A stretch of 53,891 bases of DNA from Gemmatimonadota bacterium (GTDB lineage Bacteria; Gemmatimonadota; Gemmatimonadetes; Palauibacterales; Palauibacteraceae). Shown here piece after piece: positions 40,874-51,085 of this stretch. Made by a program: the position numbers and the translations under genes. Under the pieces are notes generated by a model. That model saw nothing but the letters and a program-made list of their open reading frames with translations. It searched no databases and was not told the DNA's origin. Position 1 is the stretch's first letter. Each line of letters begins with the position of its first letter. The DNA is taken from contig JAWWCR010000004.1 in NCBI GenBank assembly GCA_033720355.1, positions 1 to 53,891 of the forward strand, given 5' to 3'.

Positions 40874-43056
40874 ACGGACGGCCCGGGTGGAAGTCGACCG
40901 CCATCGGTCTCGTCGCTGTCGCCGTCTTCGTCGGGGCGGTGCCGGAGGGGTGGGCCCAGGGATTTCTGCAATGCGATCCCGACCGGGGCCACCCCGATCT
41001 CTACTGCATCCCGCTGATCCCGGCGCCGGCCGTGCTCGAGGGCGGCGCGACGCCCGAGGGGCTCGTCGAGCTGGGTCGGCCTCCGGGTCCGTTCAGCCTC
41101 TCGCTCACCCCGGACGGACGCGTCCGCCATCGGCTGCGCATGCGGACGACGGGGCTTCCGTCGCCGGCGGCCCTGGGCGATTACGAATCGTACATCGCGT
41201 GGGCGGCCACCCCGGCCCTGGGGGAGGTCGTACGGCTGGGCGAGGTCCCGAGAGACGGGGTCGCGGAGCTGGGTGACGTGACCTTCAACACCTTCCTCGT
41301 TCTCGTAAGCGCGGAGCCCGCCGGCCAGGTCGAGCAGCCGACCGGGCCGTTCGTCCTCCGCGCGCAGTCGCCCTCGATGCGGATGACGCCGGCGGACTTC
41401 CTCGAGTTCGCCCTCGGGTCGGCGCCCGAGGGCGACGACCACGCCGCACACATGGGCGCCGCCGAAGGCGACCCGTGGGCGGGGGTCCCGATGCCGCCCG
41501 GCGTGATGATGTTGCCGGCGATGATGGCGCTCAGGCCGTCGGTCGAGGCGTGGGAGCCGGGGCGTCGACTCGATGGCTCGCCCTGGGAGGGCGAGGTCGT
41601 CGACGCGCGCCCGCGCGAGCTGGTCCGTCTGGCGGACGGGGACTCGCTGTCGCTCGACGCCGTCTACGTCCGGCGATCGATCGGCGACCGCAGCCTGCTC
41701 GGGTACGGGTTCAACGGCCAGATCCCGGGCCCGCTGATCTGGGTGTCGGAGGACGCCACGATCACCGTGGAGTTCACGAACCGGATCGACTGGCCGACCG
41801 CCGTCCACTGGCACGGGATCCGGCTCGACAACCGGTTCGACGGCGTTCCAGGTCTGACGCAGCCCGCGGTGCAGCCCGGCGAGTCGTTCACCTACGAGAT
41901 CCGTTTTCCGGACCCGGGGCTCTACTGGTATCACCCGCACCACCGCGAGGACGTGCAGCAGGACCTCGGTCTCGCGGGGAACATGATCGTCGAGTCGCCG
42001 GATGAGGACTACTACGGGCCGGCCCACCGCGAGGAGGTCGTGATGCTCGACGACCTCCTCCTCGGAGAGCACGGCCTCGTCCCCTTCGGGCTCGAGCGCG
42101 CCACGCACGCCCTGATGGGACGCTTCGGCAACACCATGCTCGTGAACGGGGCGCCGGGCTATGAACTCGCGGTCACGCGCGGCGAGGTCGTCCGCTTCTT
42201 CTTCACGAACGTCTCCAACACGAGGACGTTCAACCTGTCGTTCGAGAGCGCGGAGATGAAGCTCGTGGGGGGTGACGTGGGCAACTTCGAGCGGGAGGAG
42301 GCGATCGAGAGCCTGCTGATCGCGCCGGCCGAGCGCTACGTCGTCCACGTGCGGTTCGCGGAGACGGGGACGGTGCGGCTGCTGAACCGCGTGCAGGGGA
42401 TCGATCACATCGCGGGTCGTTTCTTCCCGGAGGTCGATACGCTGGGCGCCGTCCGGGTGGGCAAGGCCCCGGCCGATCCCGATCTCGGCGATTCCTTCGA
42501 GAATCTCCGGACGCACGACGCCGTGCTCGCGGACATCGATGCGTTTCGGGACCGGTTCGATGGTCCGCCCGATCTCGAGCTCGAGCTCGACATGTCGGTG
42601 CAGGACGTGCCGCTCGCCGTCGATCGGCTGATGCGGGTCGACTCGCTCTACTTCCACCCCCTCGAGGCGAGCGGGACGATGCCCATGATGAACCTCATGG
42701 CGACGCCCGAGGAGGTCGAGTGGACCGTGCGCGACCCTTCGACCGGGCTCGTGAACGAGGCGATCGACTGGCGCTTTTCGGTCGGGGACGTGGTGCGTCT
42801 GCGGCTCACGAGCGTGCGGGAGACGCTGCACCAGATGCAGCACCCGGTGCACATTCACGGCCAGCGCTTTCTCGTCGTCGCGGTGAACGGCACGCCGACC
42901 CAGAACCTGGCGTGGAAAGACACCGTACTGGTCCCTGCGGGCGCGACCGTCGATCTGCTGCTCGAGATCTCGAACCCGGGCCGCTGGATGCTGCACTGCC
43001 ACATCGCCGAGCACCTCGAGGCGGGCATGAGCATGGTCTTCACCGTTTCGCCGTAG
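40870..43056 (+). CDS. Secreted three-domain multicopper oxidase with an N-terminal extension
   Basis: HWHG, WYHPH, HPVHIHG, HCHIAEHLEAGM; signal peptide; ATGA overlap. Confidence 0.93.
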   Translation: MNGRPGWKSTAIGLVAVAVFVGAVPEGWAQGFLQCDPDRGHPDLYCIPLIPAPAVLEGGATPEGLVELGRPPGPFSLSLTPDGRVRHRLRMRTTGLPSPAALGDYESYIAWAATPALGEVVRLGEVPRDGVAELGDVTFNTFLVLVSAEPAGQVEQPTGPFVLRAQSPSMRMTPADFLEFALGSAPEGDDHAAHMGAAEGDPWAGVPMPPGVMMLPAMMALRPSVEAWEPGRRLDGSPWEGEVVDARPRELVRLADGDSLSLDAVYVRRSIGDRSLLGYGFNGQIPGPLIWVSEDATITVEFTNRIDWPTAVHWHGIRLDNRFDGVPGLTQPAVQPGESFTYEIRFPDPGLYWYHPHHREDVQQDLGLAGNMIVESPDEDYYGPAHREEVVMLDDLLLGEHGLVPFGLERATHALMGRFGNTMLVNGAPGYELAVTRGEVVRFFFTNVSNTRTFNLSFESAEMKLVGGDVGNFEREEAIESLLIAPAERYVVHVRFAETGTVRLLNRVQGIDHIAGRFFPEVDTLGAVRVGKAPADPDLGDSFENLRTHDAVLADIDAFRDRFDGPPDLELELDMSVQDVPLAVDRLMRVDSLYFHPLEASGTMPMMNLMATPEEVEWTVRDPSTGLVNEAIDWRFSVGDVVRLRLTSVRETLHQMQHPVHIHGQRFLVVAVNGTPTQNLAWKDTVLVPAGATVDLLLEISNPGRWMLHCHIAEHLEAGMSMVFTVSP

Positions 43057-43124
43057 ATTGTCCGCGCCCCGGGGCGGATCCCCGGGCGTCAGCAACCCGT
43101 CGCTTCACCGGAAGGAGCAACTCG

Positions 43125-44555
43125 ATGCGTCGTCTCTTCATCTCGCTGGTGGTGCTGGCCGCTTCCGCCGCGACCGCGTCGGCCCAGTCGGCCGCGACGC
43201 TCACGCCCGGCGTCCGGAACTTCGTGAGCGTCGAGGGACCCGTCGTCGCTCTGACGGGGGTCGACGTGATCGACGGCACCGGGAGCGGGGTACTTCGGAA
43301 CCAGACGGTGGTCATCGACGCCGGTCGGATCTCGGCGGTCGGGCCGGCAGCGCAGGTCACCGTACCCGACGGCGCGGAAATCCGCGACCTCGCCGGGCAC
43401 ACGGTCATCCCGGGGATGATCGGTCTCCACAACCACATGTTCTTCATGGGGGCCGGCAGCCGCTCGGTGCAGGGTTCGTACACATCGCCCCGCCTCTACC
43501 TGGCGGCGGGCGTGACCTCGATCCGCACCACCGGGAGCGTTCAGCCGTACGCCGACATCAACACGCGCGCCGGGATCGAGGCGGGCCGCGAGGTGGGGCC
43601 GCGGATGCACATCACGGCCCCGTACGTGACGGGGCCCGGGCCCGCGCTCGCCGACATGGCGATGGTCGACGACCCCGAGGCGGCCCGACGGTTCGTGCGG
43701 TATTGGGCGAACGAGGGCGCCGACTGGATCAAGGTGTACACGACGATCCGGCGCGCCGAGCTCGAGGCGATCGTCGACGAGGCGCACGCGCAGGGAATCC
43801 GGGTCACGGGGCACATCTGCTCGATCACCTTCCAGGAGGGGGTGGACCTCGGGATGGACAACATCGAGCACGGGTTCAGCACCGCGACCGACTTCGATCC
43901 ACGGAAGCAGCCGGACGAGTGTCCGCCGAACTCGATGGTGGTGGTCGGGAACCAGGGCGACCCGAGCGGCGAAACCGCACGGGCCGTGATCCTCAAGATG
44001 GTCGAGGCCGACGTGGGGATGACGTCGACCCTCTCCGTGATCGAGCCGATGGTGAAGGGCCGACGCGTGATGGACGAGCGGGCGCTCGAGGCGATGGCGC
44101 CCGAGGTCCGGGAGGACTACGTGGAGATGGTCGAGACCATCGAGGCGAACCCGACCTGGCCGTTCACCGAGGAGCAGTTCGTCAAGAACTTCGAGTTCGA
44201 GCGCGGGTTCGTCGAGGCGGGCGGGGTCCTCGCAGCCGGTGTCGATCCCACGGGCATCGGTGGGGCGATCGCCGGGTTCGGGGACCAGCGCAACTACGAA
44301 CTGCTCGTGGAGGGCGGGTTCAATGCGCCGACGGCCGTGCAGATCGTGAGCGCCAACGGTGCGAAGATCCTCGGCGTGTATGACGAGGTCGGGTCGATCG
44401 AGCCCGGCAAGCTGGCCGATCTCGTCGTGCTCGAGGGCGACCTCGCGGCCGATCCGTCCGTCATCAAGAACGTGACGATCGTGTTCAAGGACGGTGTGGG
44501 ATACGACTCCCCGAAGATCATCGAGTCGGTGCGCGGGCTCGTGGGGATCAGATGA
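43125..44555 (+). CDS. Secreted amidohydrolase family protein
   Basis: RBS AAGGAG; signal peptide; PGMIGLHNH, IEHG, GSIEPGKLADLVV. Confidence 0.9.
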   Translation: MRRLFISLVVLAASAATASAQSAATLTPGVRNFVSVEGPVVALTGVDVIDGTGSGVLRNQTVVIDAGRISAVGPAAQVTVPDGAEIRDLAGHTVIPGMIGLHNHMFFMGAGSRSVQGSYTSPRLYLAAGVTSIRTTGSVQPYADINTRAGIEAGREVGPRMHITAPYVTGPGPALADMAMVDDPEAARRFVRYWANEGADWIKVYTTIRRAELEAIVDEAHAQGIRVTGHICSITFQEGVDLGMDNIEHGFSTATDFDPRKQPDECPPNSMVVVGNQGDPSGETARAVILKMVEADVGMTSTLSVIEPMVKGRRVMDERALEAMAPEVREDYVEMVETIEANPTWPFTEEQFVKNFEFERGFVEAGGVLAAGVDPTGIGGAIAGFGDQRNYELLVEGGFNAPTAVQIVSANGAKILGVYDEVGSIEPGKLADLVVLEGDLAADPSVIKNVTIVFKDGVGYDSPKIIESVRGLVGIR

Positions 44556-45091
44556 CCGACGACGCGCTGACCCGTGGCGCCGACCCGGCGTACCGGGAGG
44601 CGCTCCTCGAGCGGCTGGGCGACGCCGATCCGGTCGACGAGCTCGCATTGCTCTTCGAACGGCTCCCGGCTGCCCTCGAGGGGCTCGATAACGAGCGCGT
44701 GACGCGGCCCGAGGCGGAGGGGAAGTGGTCGATCCTCCAGGTCGTCTGCCACCTCGCTGATGCCGAGCTGATGCAGGCCTTCCGGATCCGCCGGGCGCTG
44801 ACGGAAGAGCGTCCCGTCCTCGCCCCGATGGATCAGGACGTGTGGGCCCACAGGCTCGATTACGCGGGCGAGAGTCTGGCCGAGGCGCTCGACCAGCTGC
44901 GGGCGCTGCGGGTCGCCAACCTCCGCCTCGTCCGGCGTCTGCCGGACGAGACGCTCGACCGGACGACCTTCCACCCCGAGCGGGGAGAGGAGACCGTGCG
45001 CACGATCCTCGCCGTCCTCGCCGGGCACGACCGGGTCCACCTCGACCAGATCGCGCGAATTCGCCGGACCCTGGAGAGGGAGGAGGGGTGA
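44552..45091 (+). CDS. DinB/YfiT family protein
   Basis: [16 protein letters not shown]; [10 protein letters not shown] metal-binding histidines. Confidence 0.9.
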   Translation: MTDDALTRGADPAYREALLERLGDADPVDELALLFERLPAALEGLDNERVTRPEAEGKWSILQVVCHLADAELMQAFRIRRALTEERPVLAPMDQDVWAHRLDYAGESLAEALDQLRALRVANLRLVRRLPDETLDRTTFHPERGEETVRTILAVLAGHDRVHLDQIARIRRTLEREEG

Positions 45092-45762
45092 GCGGGGACG
45101 CCTACCGGCCGGTCCCCCTCACCACGTACCGGCGCTACTCCGGCGAGGAGATGCGGGCGCGCGCCGAGGCGTTCAGGGACGAGGTGCGGCGGCGCCGGAC
45201 GGTGCGGCATTTCTCCGACGAACCGGTGCCGCCCGGCGTGGTCGAGGCGTGTCTCGAGGCCGCCGGGACGGCGCCGAACGGAGCGAACCGTCAGCCGTGG
45301 CACTTCGTGGTCGTGACCGACCCCGCGGTCAAGTCGCGAATCAGGGAAGCCGCGGAGGACGAGGAGCGGGATTTCTACGAGAACCGGGCGCCGCCGGAGT
45401 GGCTCGAGGCGCTTCGTCACCTCGGAACCGACGAGCACAAGCCGTTTCTCGAGCGGGCGCCCGTGCTGATCGCCGTCTTCGCGGAGAGCTACGAGGTGGC
45501 GCCCGACGGCGAGCGGCACAAGAACTACTACGTGACCGAATCCGTCGGGATCGCCACCGGGATCCTCATCACGGGTCTCCACACCGCCGGGCTCGCGACG
45601 CTCACGCACACGCCGAGCCCCATGGGGTTTCTGAACGACATCCTCGGCCGCCCCGCGAACGAGCGACCCTTCCTGCTGCTCGTCGTCGGGTATCCCGCCG
45701 AGGACGCGCATGTACCCGACATCACGAAGAAGCCGCTCGAGGAGATCGCGAGCTTCATCTGA
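45088..45762 (+). CDS. Nitroreductase superfamily, iodotyrosine deiodinase-like
   Basis: [43 protein letters not shown]; GTG 45088 with RBS GGAGGAGG. Confidence 0.88.
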   Translation: MSGDAYRPVPLTTYRRYSGEEMRARAEAFRDEVRRRRTVRHFSDEPVPPGVVEACLEAAGTAPNGANRQPWHFVVVTDPAVKSRIREAAEDEERDFYENRAPPEWLEALRHLGTDEHKPFLERAPVLIAVFAESYEVAPDGERHKNYYVTESVGIATGILITGLHTAGLATLTHTPSPMGFLNDILGRPANERPFLLLVVGYPAEDAHVPDITKKPLEEIASFI

Positions 45763-45774
45763 GGGTGTCGCGGC

Positions 45775-47292
45775 TCAGTTGGCCCGGACCGTTCGCCCCT
45801 CGGCCCACGCGCGGAGCGCGTCGACCTTCTCCGACATCATCCGCGACAACGGCGATGTCCCGTCGATCTCGGCCGCGAGCGCGTCGCCCGTGAGGGCCGC
45901 GGATTCGGAGAAGGCCGTGTAGAGGGCCGCCACGACCGCCTGCTCGATCTCGGAGCCCGAGAACCCGTTGGCCCGACCGGCGAGTTCCGCGAGGTCGAAG
46001 GCGGCCGGGTCCTGCGATCGCTTCTCGAGGTGGATGCGGAAGATCTCGCGCCGGGTCTCCTCGTCGGGCAGGTCGACGAAGAAGACCTCGTCGAAGCGGC
46101 CCTTCCGGAGGAACTCGGCGGGGAGCCGCGACACGTCGTTCGCGGTGGCGACCACGAACACGTCGCCGCGCCGGTCCTGGAGCCACGAGAGAAAGGTCCC
46201 GAGGATGCGCTGCGTGACGCCGCCGTCGTTGTCCCCGGCGCCGGCGAACGCCTTTTCGAGCTCGTCGATCCACAGGATCACGGGCGACATGCGCTCGGCG
46301 GTCGCGACCGCGCGCTTGAAGTTCTTCTCGCTCTCGCCGATGAACTTGTTGTAGAGATTCGATGGGTCGAGCTTGAGGAGCGGCAGCCGCCACTCCATCG
46401 CCACCGCCTTTGCGCACAGGCTCTTGCCGCACCCCGGCACGCCGAGCAGGAGGACTCCCTTGGGGAACTCGAGCCCGAACTCGGCCGCGCGCTCGGGGGT
46501 CGAGACGATCGCCTGACGCTTGCGCAGCCACTCCTTGAGGGTCGCGAGATCGGCCACCTCGTCCATCGATTCCTCGAGCGGGTAGTACTCGAGCAACCCC
46601 TCTCGCTCGATGAGGTGGCGCTTCGCCTCGACGACGGTCCGGATGTCTTCCGGCGACAGCCGGTCGTCCTCGACCATCGCCTTCGTGAGGATCTTCTCGG
46701 CCTCGAGAAGCGTGAGCCCCCGCAAGGCGCCGAGGAGCTGGTTCGTCTCCTCGGGCGTCTGGTCGATCTCGACGCGTCCGCGGCTGTTCAGATCGCGGAC
46801 GATGTGCATCAGAAGCGCCCGGTACTCCTCGACATCGGGGGGAGGAAGCCGAACCCTGGCGGCGTGGGGACGGTGCGGCTCCGCGAGCGCGATGCCGGTG
46901 CCCACGAGGACGATCGCGCCTGTCACGGCGTGATACGGCTGGCTCGCGTCGACGAGGCGTTGCTGAAGGGTCGTGTCCTCCAGCCGGTCCTCGAGCCCGC
47001 GGAAGACGTACAGGGCGGGGAAGCGGGCGCTCTCCACGTGCGCAAGCGCCTTCGCGGGGTCGGCCGTGTCGTAGATCGACGTCGGCTTGTCGGACCGCTT
47101 GAGGCCCTTGCTGGCGGTCCACGCGAACAGCGGGATGCCGAGGCGATCGGCGAGGTGAAGCAACAGCGACTCGGCCCGATCCACCTCGGCGGTCTCGAGG
47201 AGGACGAGGGCGTACCTCGACCGGAGAAGCAGGTCGAGGTCGTGGAGCGGGTCGGACGATCGGGTCTCCGGAGCGCCGCCTTCCGGGCTCAT
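45775..47292 (-). CDS. AAA+ ATPase (Ycf46/SpoVK-like)
   Basis: GVPGCGKS, LWIDELEK, ATAN, RKGRFDE, FSGSEIE. Confidence 0.92.
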   Translation of the reverse strand: MSPEGGAPETRSSDPLHDLDLLLRSRYALVLLETAEVDRAESLLLHLADRLGIPLFAWTASKGLKRSDKPTSIYDTADPAKALAHVESARFPALYVFRGLEDRLEDTTLQQRLVDASQPYHAVTGAIVLVGTGIALAEPHRPHAARVRLPPPDVEEYRALLMHIVRDLNSRGRVEIDQTPEETNQLLGALRGLTLLEAEKILTKAMVEDDRLSPEDIRTVVEAKRHLIEREGLLEYYPLEESMDEVADLATLKEWLRKRQAIVSTPERAAEFGLEFPKGVLLLGVPGCGKSLCAKAVAMEWRLPLLKLDPSNLYNKFIGESEKNFKRAVATAERMSPVILWIDELEKAFAGAGDNDGGVTQRILGTFLSWLQDRRGDVFVVATANDVSRLPAEFLRKGRFDEVFFVDLPDEETRREIFRIHLEKRSQDPAAFDLAELAGRANGFSGSEIEQAVVAALYTAFSESAALTGDALAAEIDGTSPLSRMMSEKVDALRAWAEGRTVRAN

Positions 47293-48356
47293 GCTCCGGC
47301 GTCACCCCCGGCCGTCGCCAGAAACTGCTCCGCGACCCTGCGCGCGGCGGCCAGGGGCGACTCGTCTGCCGCCTCGGCCTCGTCGAAGATCCGGGCCAGC
47401 GAGCCCTCGATCATCTCGACGCGTCCGTTCAGCTCATCGACATCGTCGATCCCCTCGTAGATCCCGGCGAAGGCGACGGCACCACCGGCATTGATGATGT
47501 AGTCGGGTGCGTAGAGGATCCCACGCTCGTGCAGGGCCGCGGCGTCGTCGGGCGTCAGGAGCTGGTTGTTCGCCGAGCCGGCGACGATCGCGCAGCGGAG
47601 CAGGGGTATGGTGTCGGGATTCACCGTGGCGCCCACCGCGCAGGGCGCGTACACGTCCACCTCGGTGGCGTAGACCTCGTCGGCATCGACGACGCGCGCG
47701 CCCAGTCGCGCCGCCGCACGCGACGCCACGTCCTCATCGATGTCGCTCAGCAGGACCGTGGCGCCCGCCTCGACGAGCATCTCGGCGAGCGGCAGCCCGA
47801 CGTCGCCGACACCCTGGATGAGGACCGAGTGTCCGGCGACCCGGTCGTCGGCGAACCGGTGCGCGATCGCGGCGCGGATCCCCACGAAGACGCCGAGTGC
47901 GGTGAAGGGGCCGGGGTCTTCCGAGCGGCCGTCGACGACCCCCACGACGTAGTCGCACGTCTCGGCGACCGTCAGCAGATCCTCCGGTGTGGTGCCGAGA
48001 TCGACCCCTGTCCGGAACCTGCCCTCGAGCGACTGCACGAGCCGGCCGTACCGGCGGAGCAGTCCGTCACGGGTCTCGTCATCGAGCCGTCCCGGGATGG
48101 CCATCACGCCCTTGGCGCCTCCGAACGGGATACCGACCCCGGCCCACTTGAAGGTCATCCCCTGGCCGAGCCGCAGGGCATCCTCCAGCCCGTCCGCCGG
48201 CGTGGGATACGTCTTCATCCGGCTCCCGCCGATCGACGAGGCCATGCTGGTGTCATGGAGTGCGATGAAGATCCAGGTGCCGGTCGGCCTGTCGTACGAG
48301 ACGACGACGGCGTCCCCGTCCCACGCCTCGATCTTCGCGCGCAGCGTATCTGTCAT
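47289..48356 (-). CDS. Glu/Leu/Phe/Val dehydrogenase (leucine dehydrogenase-like)
   Basis: GGSR, GMTFK, GGAKGV, QGVGDVG, APCAVG, GSANNQ, YAPDYIINAGG. Confidence 0.92.
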   Translation of the reverse strand: MTDTLRAKIEAWDGDAVVVSYDRPTGTWIFIALHDTSMASSIGGSRMKTYPTPADGLEDALRLGQGMTFKWAGVGIPFGGAKGVMAIPGRLDDETRDGLLRRYGRLVQSLEGRFRTGVDLGTTPEDLLTVAETCDYVVGVVDGRSEDPGPFTALGVFVGIRAAIAHRFADDRVAGHSVLIQGVGDVGLPLAEMLVEAGATVLLSDIDEDVASRAAARLGARVVDADEVYATEVDVYAPCAVGATVNPDTIPLLRCAIVAGSANNQLLTPDDAAALHERGILYAPDYIINAGGAVAFAGIYEGIDDVDELNGRVEMIEGSLARIFDEAEAADESPLAAARRVAEQFLATAGGDAGA

Positions 48357-48511
48357 GGGCTCCCGAAAAAGGGCTGCAGGCCGCGTTTGCGATACCCGAT
48401 GCAACAGCCCCGCCGCCCGACCGTCGACGTCATCGACGGGCAGCGAGGCCGAGCCAGCTTCGGACTGGAATGGCGAACGAAGCGCGATGCGCCCCGGGCC
48501 GGCGCGTCAGA

Positions 48512-48583
48512 TCAGGTGTAGTAGATGATCAGGTAGATCGCGAGCGCAACGATGAGAATGGCGTAGATCATCTTCCGGTTCAT
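48512..48583 (-). CDS. 23-aa single-TM micropeptide MNRKMIYAILIVALAIYLIIYYT
   Basis: Below the ORF-track cutoff; ATG 48583 after AAAAGGGGGGGAAA; GC3-rich codons; basic N-terminus plus hydrophobic helix. Confidence 0.65.
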   Translation of the reverse strand: MNRKMIYAILIVALAIYLIIYYT

Positions 48584-48640
48584 TTTCCCCCCCTTTTGGT
48601 GACCTTCCTCCGCACGCCCTTGACTGAGGTACGGGTCTAC

Positions 48641-49429
48641 TCACCCGCACGGATTCAGCGGCAAACGGACCGGACGAAGCATGTAGTTCGAGTCCACGAG
48701 CGTCGCGCCCGTCGTCTGGAAGTACTCGTCCCAGAACGCCTTGACGCGTTGCGAGGCCGGCGTGTCCACGCGCGCCCCCACCACCACCACACACAGACCG
48801 CTCAGATCGGGCAATCGCCCGCCATCGTGCGCCTCCCGCACCCACCCGTCGGGCGGCATGAGGCGAAGCCCCTCCATGTCGATCTGGTAGTTCGACTGGA
48901 GCATGTCGGAAAAAAGATAAAGCGTGGCGTCGTGATCGGGGTAGGCCCGCATCTCCGCGGCCACGTCGTGCAGCGTCGACAGGATGTCGGTGCCGCCGAT
49001 GTCGTCCCGTCCCTTCGTATCGGCGAGATCCGCGAGGAGCACGGTGGCGTCCAGCAGGAAACGGAACTTCGCGACGGAATCGCGGGAGACCTCGAAGTCC
49101 TGGATCGTGCGCGCCGGCACGCTCTCCGACCAGGCATCCCGCTCCTCGGCGAGCGACTGCTGGAGGACCCGCACGCCGGCTACGCGGTCCTCGTGGTCGA
49201 GCGCCATCACCCGCTCGTTCGTGAGCTGGGTCGCGAGCTCGAGCGTATGATCGGGGATGCTCGTCGACCGGTCGTAGACGAAGATCACGAGCTCGCGCGG
49301 CTCGGGCGGGGTCTCGGGCTCCGGGGGCACGTCCTCGCCCCCGCAGGCGGCCCCGATCAGGGCGAGCGCCAGCGCCAGGCCCCGCGAGGGGCGCGCTCCG
49401 ACCGGAGTCCGGGTGGACCCAGCTACCAC
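48641..49429 (-). CDS. Lipoprotein with a vWA-like MIDAS motif
   Basis: Lipobox GAAC; VIFVYDRSTS (DxSxS), GTDI, LYLFSDM. Confidence 0.75.
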   Translation of the reverse strand: MVAGSTRTPVGARPSRGLALALALIGAACGGEDVPPEPETPPEPRELVIFVYDRSTSIPDHTLELATQLTNERVMALDHEDRVAGVRVLQQSLAEERDAWSESVPARTIQDFEVSRDSVAKFRFLLDATVLLADLADTKGRDDIGGTDILSTLHDVAAEMRAYPDHDATLYLFSDMLQSNYQIDMEGLRLMPPDGWVREAHDGGRLPDLSGLCVVVVGARVDTPASQRVKAFWDEYFQTTGATLVDSNYMLRPVRLPLNPCG

Positions 49430-51048
49430 GCGATCGCCTCGTTGTTGAAGCGCCCGCGCACGGTCTGGAACCGGTCCTGGAGCTCGCGTCGCTCGTCCTC
49501 GTACTGGACGGGCGAACGCAACGGCTTGAGCGTCTCGTCGTCGTGGGGCTGGATCTCGATCCCGAGGTCGACCGGGTCGCGAAACGCGCGGATCGAGCGC
49601 GGGTCGAGCCCCCGCGCCCTCCCGTTCTCGGCCCGGTACAGCGCGATCACCGATTCGAGCTCGCGAACGACGCCTCGCTGCTCTTCGGCTCCGCCGACGG
49701 CCGACACGCTCTTTAGCCCGCGGATGTGCTTCGCCAGCTCGGACATGTAGCCGGCGACCTCCGTCGCGGCCGCCTCGGCCCCGGCGATGATCTTGGTTCG
49801 GTCACGCTCGAACGGGTTCTCGTTGAAGTGCTCGCGGCGCCGGTCTCCCTTGTGGAAGTAGGCGGCGCACAGCGCGCAGATCACGAGGGTCAGGTTGAGC
49901 AGCAGGATCGGCCAGCTGAGCCTGCTCATCGAGTTGGCGTATTCGGCGAGGGCGGTCGCGGCGGCCTGGAGATCTTCGGCCTGGGCACGCATGGCGTTAG
50001 CCTCGAGCAGCTGTCCGTCGGCCACCAGCCCCTGCGCCTGCCGGTTCCACTCCTCGACCTGCGCGATATCGGACTGGTATTGCGCCTCGCCGACCTCGCC
50101 GAGCCGGATTCGCGCCTCGTACAGGACGCCGAGCACGAGAAGCAGCCCGAGCCCGGTGAGGATCATCGGGATGATGTTCTCGGTCGAAGACTTCGCCGAC
50201 ACCGTATGGTGCCGCTCGGCGGTGTCGCGCAGCATCACCAGCTCACGCAGCGAGTGGCCGAAGAAGTGCGCGAGGACGCAAAGGAAGGTCACGACGCCCG
50301 CCGCCAGCAGGGCGGCGTCGGGGCGCAGGATGATCTGCGCGAAGACCCGCTCCGCCCCCGCGAACCACCCGTCGGACGTCTCGGTGACGAGCCGGATCTG
50401 TCGCTCGGTGAGTACGTCACGCGGGAGCAGGGCGCTGAACACCGGGGCGTTCGCGAAGAACTCGACCAGCCCGAGAAACGAGATGGCGAGCAGGTAGACG
50501 CGCGTGCTCAGCGTCCCGTCGCCGCTCTCGCTACGGATGTCATCGGTGACCTCGCGGTGCCGAACCGCGCGTCGCGCCTTGACCCGCATCAGCTCGTTCG
50601 TGAGCCGCTCGTACTTGTCCACCGCCAGCGACGCCCGGCCGAGCCGGTCGGCGATGACTTCTTCGTGCCCGGCTACCTCGTCGTGTACCTGGCGGCGGTA
50701 CTGGAAGCTCCACCGGTCGTAGAACGCGCGGCAGCGCTCGCGCAGATCCCGCTCGCTCTCCGACTGCCCCTCGCTCTCGGGGTCGGGGACGCCGGCATCC
50801 GCATCCTGGCGGGCGGCGCGCTCGGCCTCCTCGCGCAATCGGGCGATCCCGGTCTGTTCGAGCTGCGCCGCGGCCGAATACGCGGCCGCACCCGGCGTCG
50901 TCCGCGACCCCCGGTTGTCCGGGGTGCGAGGAAGCTCGGTCACCGGCGTCTCGCCGGGCGATGTGGAGTCGTCGTCAGTGCTCGTCGGGCCGCCCGATTC
51001 CATCCGCTCCAGCCAGGCGGGTCGTCGTTCCGGATCGTTGCTCGCCAT
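49423..51048 (-). CDS. Membrane protein with about 4 TM helices and long coiled-coil regions
   Basis: Four hydrophobic segments between charged helical domains; overlaps the downstream gene start. Confidence 0.8.
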   Translation of the reverse strand: MASNDPERRPAWLERMESGGPTSTDDDSTSPGETPVTELPRTPDNRGSRTTPGAAAYSAAAQLEQTGIARLREEAERAARQDADAGVPDPESEGQSESERDLRERCRAFYDRWSFQYRRQVHDEVAGHEEVIADRLGRASLAVDKYERLTNELMRVKARRAVRHREVTDDIRSESGDGTLSTRVYLLAISFLGLVEFFANAPVFSALLPRDVLTERQIRLVTETSDGWFAGAERVFAQIILRPDAALLAAGVVTFLCVLAHFFGHSLRELVMLRDTAERHHTVSAKSSTENIIPMILTGLGLLLVLGVLYEARIRLGEVGEAQYQSDIAQVEEWNRQAQGLVADGQLLEANAMRAQAEDLQAAATALAEYANSMSRLSWPILLLNLTLVICALCAAYFHKGDRRREHFNENPFERDRTKIIAGAEAAATEVAGYMSELAKHIRGLKSVSAVGGAEEQRGVVRELESVIALYRAENGRARGLDPRSIRAFRDPVDLGIEIQPHDDETLKPLRSPVQYEDERRELQDRFQTVRGRFNNEAIAW

Positions 51049-51085
51049 CCCGTCCTCGATCAGTTTCGCGTCGCGGCAGCCGACA

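Noticed and set aside
45775-47292. AAA ATPase as a possible defence-system component
   Set aside because: It looks like an ordinary Ycf46-like ATPase, with no adjacent nuclease, protease or other effector.
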